64,000 nt of DNA from contig CM097887.1 in NCBI GenBank assembly GCA_044892525.1, forward strand, positions 101,162,397 through 101,226,396, read 5' to 3'. Both the position numbers and the translations under genes were made by a program. The stretch comes from Schmidtea polychroa. Lineage: Eukaryota. Shown piece after piece: positions 21,901 through 30,900 of this stretch. How positions within the stretch are numbered: position 1 is the first letter of the stretch; the number at the start of each line of letters is the position of its first letter. The notes under the pieces are model-generated. The model saw nothing but the letters and a program-made list of their open reading frames with translations. It had not been told where the DNA came from and ran no database searches.

Positions 21901-24900
21901 CTGGAGAAAGATCACCAATTCTGGTAAGATGGCCGACAGGAGCCGAAATATGGACAACAAGCCAACCGTCAACTAGCTATCAGCAGCCAAATAAGCTGAG
22001 TATCGAGGAGATTATCGATAATACAACAGAAACCGAAACCGACGAACAATTCCAACGACAGAAAGGACCAACGAAAGCAACACCAGAAGGTCAAACGGAC
22101 AAAATAATAGACGAATGGAACGAATGGCTGAGAAACAACGATAGCTCATTACCAAGAACGGATAACGAGAGAAACCCGAATTATGAAAATACAAGGGAAG
22201 CCGGAACAATGATGGAAAAACGGGCAAAAGGGAGACCCAAGAAGCAAGGAGAAAAACCGGAATTTAAAACCAGAGAACAGTTGAAACAAGAACAAGGACA
22301 AGTCAGACTAGAAAAACTGGATAAAATAGTGTGGGACTTAAAAGAAGCTCAACCAACAATCGAGAAAGGTGAAAAATGGATACGGGAGCTAGTAAAAGAT
22401 ATGTTAATAATAACAAACCCGCAATTGAGACGGTTATGGCAACGAAAAGTAGCAAGCGTAGACGCCAGACAACTATGGAATACAATATCCGGAATAATTC
22501 CGAAATTAATCAAAGAGAAGACAAAAACCACTAAAACCGATTGGGAAGAGACAAGAAGAGTAATTGAACAATTAACTTTAAACGCAAACGACGACGAACA
22601 TCATTTAGTAGTATTAACGTATCTAATGTACAATTTGATGGGATTAGCAGCAAGGAAAATACCTAACAAACAATTCGCAAATCATGTAGAAATGACCGTT
22701 ACAATCATTGAAAATACAATCGAACCACATATTATCCGCGCCGGTGGGTGGAAAAGACTCATACAAGCGCCACGAAAAAACGAGCAAGAGAGATCAATGC
22801 AAATTCGGTTGAAGAAATTACTAAACGAGCTAGAATGGGAATTGCCATTGAAAGACCCAGCCAGCAGAAAAGCGTCGATTAATTCACTAATGATGACCAT
22901 GATGATATGGATGCTCTGCACCAGTGGAGCCGCGGGATTTACTATTTACGACTGTGACAATTCGATAATAGGAGAAAGATACTCCCTGAGAGATATAGAG
23001 GAATGTAGACAGGCGTCTCCGAATAAATTAGATATAGTAAAAAAGAAAGTCTCCTATCACGTATACCAAGAATCAGATTTCATTAGAACGCAAGCTAGAG
23101 AATGCGTAGTATCGAAGAAAGTGTTGGCATATTACTGTGGACAATACTCATATTCAACCCTCATATTACCTGGATTAGATAAAGAAATAGTACCTATACA
23201 ACGGGAAGACTGTAAAGAGCTTTTTGGAACCGGAGCGATGAGAATCAGGGATGGAGTAACAATACACGGACAAAGCGGAATGATCAAGACGGAAAGTATC
23301 TATGTAGCCGGACGAGTAAAATCAACTGATGGATCATGTAACGGAGGCACATATACGATCAGAGGAGAGGTGATATCAGGAGTAGTAGTAATTGAGTCCT
23401 ACACAGTGGAGTTGAAGGAATACGAAGCACAATTCGACGCAAACAACTATCAAATGAAAACCAACCCAGCATGCAGAGCTACGGAAAACGTGTGTAGAAC
23501 GGGGATTTCGACTATAATATATGAAGCTAACACCCAAAAATGCCGACTCCAATTGTTAAAAAGTGCTCTATTCAATGAAGTAAAAGGAGAAATTTACGAA
23601 AACGAGGATGACGATGAAGAGAATGGAAACGTAAGGATGCGAAATGGGAAACCAGTCCCACCATCCCCCAAAGAAAAGAGACTCACAACACAAAAAACAC
23701 CAACGGCATTAATTACAGATGACCCAGATATCGGTATGAGATTTATCAGAGAGAAAGAGACCACCAAATGTGACAGCATAGTATATCGGACGAATTACGC
23801 AGGTATCTACATGTCAAGGCAAGTAATAGACCGAGCAGTGGGAAAGGTAGCAACAGAGGACGTAAAATTGTACCTGTACGCCAATAACAAAATGGATTTT
23901 TTATTTCATCGAGGACAAACGACAATGCAAAAAGTGTATTACGATCTTATACAAAATGACTGTTCATTGAATAAAGAGATACTAAAAACAAAATTAGCCA
24001 TCGCAATAACACACCCAGATAACACAATGCCATCACTCCCGTTACCGGATGGACACTTTGGTAGAATGGTGGGAGAGGTAATGTATACATATGCATGTAC
24101 CAAGACATTTGCGCGACTGCCAAGAAAGCCCACAATTCCACCAGGGAAATGCGCAAACGAGTTGGAAATTAGTTACAAAGGGCGAAACAGATTCGTTCAA
24201 CCCGTCACTAGGATAATGAACCCAATTGGATTTTATCCAAACACCTTTAACTGTTCAAATGCATACGGACCGTTATATGAAAAACCCGATGGGAAATGGA
24301 TAATGTTACCAGTAAAAACCGAAGTACAAGAGCCTAAAAAGTTTGGATTAATAGAACTCGCAACAGAACAAGATTTCAAACCAATTGATGTGTCAAAGGC
24401 TGGTATGTACTCACCAGAGGATTTAGAAACGGCACGATTAAACGTATTATTCCCAGCAAGACGGGAATCCATTCTATCGAATATGGTTACCATAACTGGG
24501 GGAACGAATTTCCAGTCAGGCCCCAATTACGAACTATTATTGTCACCTGATCATTTTCAACAAGCCACGTCAAACATGATGAAAGCAATGTGGGGAAGAT
24601 TTCTAGTATTCGGTCAAATGATGGCAGGAATATTGGGAATCATTCTTATTATCCAGATTGTTAGAGTAATATTGACTCAAATGTTGGCGTGTTTTGATAT
24701 CTATAAGAGAGAAAAGAAAGTAAATTGGAAGTTGATAGTAGGTTTTCTACCATTTTTGGCAAAAACAATGGTGTTGCACGGTCATTCTAAAGACATACAT
24801 AGAATAAAACGATTGATCAAAATACTGACAAAAATAAAAGGAACTGACGAGGAAGTCGGTAGACGATTTCGGAAAACCATGTATGATGAAGCAACAAGAG

Positions 24901-27900
24901 CGCAATTAAAGAAGAACAAACCAAAATTCTTAGACAGATTTAGGAATCGATCAAACAGCAGCGATAGTGATGATGACGACAATGGGAATGACAAATATCC
25001 ATATCCAAGTAGAAACCCGAATGAAAAGCCAATAGAAACAGCGCCATATTGGGAGAAAGAAAAAACAAATACCTGGATAGCCAACGGAAGTTATATACCA
25101 CCAGATATCGTTGGACAACAAACAGCTTTGACCATGACCCAAAATATGTATCCACAGTTACCAAGTCAACCAGGGATGAACTATATGCCGACCCGAAGAA
25201 CGAAAAGTGTAGACCAAGCGGATGACGTAAGAACGATAGCAGTAATGAGTTCACCAGGAGGTGCGGCAGTAACAGTCATGATCCAAATCAACGGGAAAGA
25301 GACAAGCGCCATGATAGATACCGGAGCAAACGTATCAGCAATAGCAATAAACCAAATACCCAGTAAATGTTGGAAAGATATCGAACAAACAACTATCCAT
25401 ATTATTGCATGCAGTAAAGAAACCGTAGACGTAGTAGGAAGATGGTGGACTACGTTACGATATCAGGATAACGAAATTGAAACGTATCTAGCGGTGATAC
25501 CCAAACTGAGTGAACCATGTATAATCGGAACGGATTTGATGCCGGAATTGTTTAAGGAAGTGGTAATCGATTTAACAACAATGTGTCTAAAAGACAAAAT
25601 GGGTAGAATATGCAAGATGAACGCAATAATTAGATGCCCGGAGAAAATAATTGTACCCGCAAAATCACAGATGATATGTCAAATAAAAGTGGATGCAGGA
25701 ATGGAAGGAGAAGTCATTTTTGAGCCAAGCAAATCATTCGAAAAACGACGAGAATTACCATTAGCAAGAGAAATAATAACAATGAATGAAGACGGGGAAA
25801 TACCAATTAACATCACAAATTTCGAGGAAGAAGACAAGATCATATATGAAAATGAAAGATTGGGTAGATTGACACCCATGATAGACATCGAATTACCAAA
25901 AATCACCAACGAAACAACGAAAGCTGACGAATTATGGATAATGGATAGCACCTTGCTAACGGAAAAAGAAAAGGAGAGACTTCAACAATTATTGATAGAA
26001 TATAAAGATATATTCGCAATTTCGGATTTAGATTTGGGAGCATGCGATGTTACATTACACGCAATACCATTAATAGACGAAACTCCAATCGCTCTACGTC
26101 CATACAAACTAGCAGAGAAGCAAAAAGAGATAGCCGAAGCAGAAGTACAAAAAATGCTAGATGCACAAGTGATCGAACCAAGTTGTTCGCCATGGCAATT
26201 TCCAGTAGTCATGGTGAAGAAAAAAGATGGTACTCAGAGATTCTGTATCGATTATCGGAAACTAAATGCAGTAACAAAAAGAGACACATACCCGTTACCA
26301 GACATCAATGAGATGTTACTTATGTTACAGGGGGCCGCATATTTTACATCTTTAGATCTGAAAAGTGGATATTGGCAGATCAAAGTCAAGGAGGAAGACA
26401 AAGAGAAAACAGCATTCACATTGGGCCGAGATCTATACCAATTCAGGAAAATGCCGTTCGGACTGACCAATGCCCCAGCATCATTTCAGAGATGTATGAA
26501 TTTTGTCACACACGGGATCAAGCAATGTATGGTATATATTGATGATTTATTAATATATTCAGCAACTTTCGAACAACATTTGGAAGACATTAGAAACGTG
26601 TTCATCCGATTACGACAATGGAAACTGAAACTTAAACCATCCAAATGTGATTGGGCAAAAGAAAAAGTTACGTTCTTAGGACACATAGTGTCAGCAAAAG
26701 GCAAAGAACCAGATCCAAGAAACATAGAAAAAATAAAAACATGTCCAGCACCAAAAACTGTCACCCAAGTTCAAGAATTTCTCGGATTATGCGGATATTA
26801 TCGTAAATTCATCAAAAACTATGCAGGTATTGCGAAACCAATACAGGAATTAGTGAAAAAGGATATTTCATTTATTTGGGGTGCAGAACAACAAAAAGCG
26901 TTTGAGACATTGCGAGATAAATTAATTGAAGCCCCAATACTAGTACATCCTGATTTCAAGAAACCGTTCTTATTAGCAACAGATGCAAGTGGATATGCAG
27001 CCGGAGCAATATTGGGACAACTCGACGAGGAAGGGAAAGAAAGAGTGATTGGATACTACAGTAGAACGTTTAAAAAGCATGAGAAAAACTATTCCGTAAC
27101 CGAGAGAGAAGCGTTAGCAATCATACAAGCGATTAAACACTTTCGATATTTGTTATGGGGACACGAAATATGTATCACCACGGATCATCAACCACTAGTA
27201 TGGCTTGGTCAACACAAAGAAGCCTCAAGTAGATTGATGCGATGGGCAATGCAGTTACAAGAATATTCGCCGTTCATAAAATTCAAAGCGGGAAGAGCGA
27301 ATGCCAATGCGGATTGTATGTCCAGATTTATCTTTCCAGATTTAGTAGATCACGAAATGCAACGAATATGTCTGATGGTAGCAGAAGATTTAGATTTTTG
27401 CCAATTACGAAAAGACCAACAAGAGGATACAGAGTTGAAGCAAATCATTGAATATGTGAAAACAGGGAAAGCAGAGGTATATGAGAAAGATCAAAAATTG
27501 AAGGAGCATATGGATAAACATCGACATCGATATATTATCGAGAAGGACTGGTTGTTGATAATGGATGGCGAGAAAAGACTGATGTGCATTCCCGAGAATA
27601 GACGTAAAGATCTACTAACACAATACCATGACGGAAGACTCGGAGGACATATGTCATCTAAAAAGACGTTGGCACGAATGAAACAAAAATACTTCTGGCC
27701 TACATTGACCGAGGATGTAACAGAATGGGTGAAAAATTGCATAACTTGCGCAACCAGAAAAAACACGGGAACGAAATGGAAGGCACCATTAAAGCCAATG
27801 CCAGTACCAGCGGAACCAATGACAATGATATCAATGGACGTAGTCGGTCCACTACCAGAATCAGATAGAGGGAATATATATATATTGGTAATCACGGATT

Positions 27901-30900
27901 ATTTGACAAAATTCCCCGAAGCATTCGCAATGGCAGATCAGAAAGCAAGAACAATCGCAAAAATACTAGTAGAGGAGATATGCTGTCGATATGGAACACC
28001 AAAACAGATACTAACTGATCAAGGGACAAATTTCATGAGCGAAATAATGAGCGAAGTCACCAATTACTTCAAGATTGCAAAATTAAGAACATCACCGTAC
28101 CATCCACAAACTAATGGTATGACAGAAAGATTCAATGGAACACTGATTCAAATGTTATCAAATTATGTCGATCGTCATCAACGAGACTGGGATGAATATA
28201 TAAAATTATGTCTAATGGCTTACAGAATGTCGATTCACGCGTCCACAAAGATGAGTCCGTTCAAGTTGATGTACGGCAGAGAATGCAATATGCCAATGGA
28301 TTTGGAGTATCAGCCACCAATATCACAGTATATGGAAATAGACGATTATGTAACCAAGTTCAAGGAAAGAATGCAGGAAATCTGGGAAACTGCAGGATTG
28401 AATATAAAATTTTATCAAGAAAGCTACAAAGAGTTACATGATAGAAAGAAAAACGTCAAACAGCATACGTTCCAAACGGGCGATTGGGTGATGATCGAAA
28501 CACCAGAATTAATTCCAGGAACCACCAAAAAATTACAACGAAACGGTAAAGGTCCGTATGAGATTCTATTCGTCGGAGAAACTAATGTAAGAGTACGATT
28601 AGTGAACAACCCTTTTACAAGACCAATATACGTAAATGTTGCACGATGTAAGCCAATTCCGAAAACCGCCACCAGTCAGCCAGAAGGACGTACATTAACG
28701 ACAAGATCACAAACGTATAGAATAAACATGTTACAGCAGATAAACGAACCAACAGGTAATCGATTAGGGTTACAACCATCAGAAGCCGAGAAAATCATAA
28801 AGGAAGTAAAAGTTAAAATGCCCGGATGGGCAGAAGACAGATTAGATTTTGAGATATTGGGAGGTCTGCTAACAATGATAGAAAACTATGCAAATCGAGA
28901 AAGAACACACCCATTACTTAGGGTAGTAAAAAGTCAATGGCCTATATTATTTACGATCACAGACCATTATGGAGATACACCGCTGCACAAACTTTTAAAG
29001 GTCGGGAATAATGAACAAATACTGGAAACGATCGAAGCATTTCGCGACTGTAACATTTCGACGGATCAAGAAAACAACCAAGGTTACACTCCATTAATGA
29101 TAGCAGCCAATCGGGATAAAGCTAAAGATATTATCATCGCATTACTCGAAACTGGGTCAAAGATAACCACACAAGATCACAACCAGAAAAATGCACTACA
29201 TCATGCAATCGAAGGGAAAAGTACGGAAGCCTTCATAATCTTAGTAGATCTATTATCATATGAGGATAATAGGGAGATAGGAAACATGTATGACGGGTTA
29301 TTAACTGCAATCAAAGAGAAATTAATAACAATTGCTGGATTACTAATTGCATGGAGGAACCCGATAAAAAACGATTATATGGTAGATATAAACGAAACAT
29401 TTACCAGAGGAGAAAACACCTTGATGAGAGAAGCGATGAGAGGACATCACCTATTCGAAATTCCAAATCAACTACTACAACGTGGCATAAAGTTCTCAAA
29501 TCACAAAGACGAACAACTAATCAGAAAACGAATTACCAACTTCGAAAAAGCTATATCTCAATTTACCGATAAAGTACAAGTAAAATTTTGGGAAACCGTG
29601 AGTGTTTTACATATGATGGAAACTATGAACAAAATTCGAGAAAACTACCTAAGTATTATTCAAGTTCTAACAGCAGAGGAACGCATTAACAATTCGAACA
29701 AGAAAAAGATAAAAATGAAGAAAGTAAAAGCAAGAGAGTCTGAGGAACAAGTCGATCAACCAATAACCGATATAGCAACAACAAGTAAACCAAAGACAAT
29801 AAACTCCGACCAAGAGATAGTAGTACGTAAGGCTAAAGAAGTATTCTTTGAAGAAATGCAAGATCTATCCGATGAAGCGATACTAGCAAAAATAACCAAA
29901 ACAGTACACACCTACGCAAGAGATCAGACCACAAATCTAGACATAGGAAAAATAAAAACATTTATACCACTAGCATTCACCTTACCAACAAAAGACTCAA
30001 GAACACCATTACAACAAGCCATTTTAGCAGCAAAAGAGAACAGAGCAATAACCATCATAAGAATCCTTAGAGACTTCGGAGAAAAATCTAATGCAAAAAA
30101 TGAACAAGGAGAAACAGCAATGATGTATGCAGCAATAACAAAGATACACCCGAAAACCTTACATATACTACATCAATCAGGTTCGAGACTTGACGAAATA
30201 TCAAACGAAGGAAATTCTACCATGGATTGGGCAACAATACAACCAAACTTGGAAATGATTAGATTCATTTGTAAAAATGCTATAAGAGCTGAGGTAGAAA
30301 ATATCTGTAAAAACACGTCACAATTCCAATGGAACACGATACGGATGAACTTAGAAGCCATGAAGTTATTGCTAACATGGAAAATACCACAAAGCAATAA
30401 ATATGCAATAAATATAAATGAGTTCTACGAAAACGGAGAAAATGCTATGGTTAAAAATACACTAACAAAAGGAGGAACTCCGAAAATCATAATGATCGTA
30501 TTGAACAGAGAGGACCTCAAATTCACGCAAAATCTAAACGAACAAAAGCGAATCGGAAAACATCGCCGTATACAATTGAGAGAACTGGTAAAAGAATGGA
30601 ATAGAAAGAGACATGTAGCAACAGGCAGAAAGGAGTTCGAATTCGAGGCAAAATTAGCAAGAAACAGAGTGCTAACGGCATACCGCAGATTGTTGAATGA
30701 TATAAATGTCGAGGACGACATTTTAAACGATAGCGGGGGAGATAAAGACGATAAAGACGACGATAATAATGAAAAAGGTCGAAACGGGAATAAAGAGAAA
30801 GAGAAATCAGAGGAGAATAATCAAGAAAATAACGACGCGAGTAAGAAAAAAGAGGAAAATAACCCGAGAAACCGAATAAAGCAAGAAGAAAAGACGAATA

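Noticed and set aside
30720-30740. DSG as an IkB-type phosphodegron after the ankyrins
   Set aside because: The sequence is DSGGDK, lacking the second Ser of DSGxxS, and lies C-terminal to the repeats.
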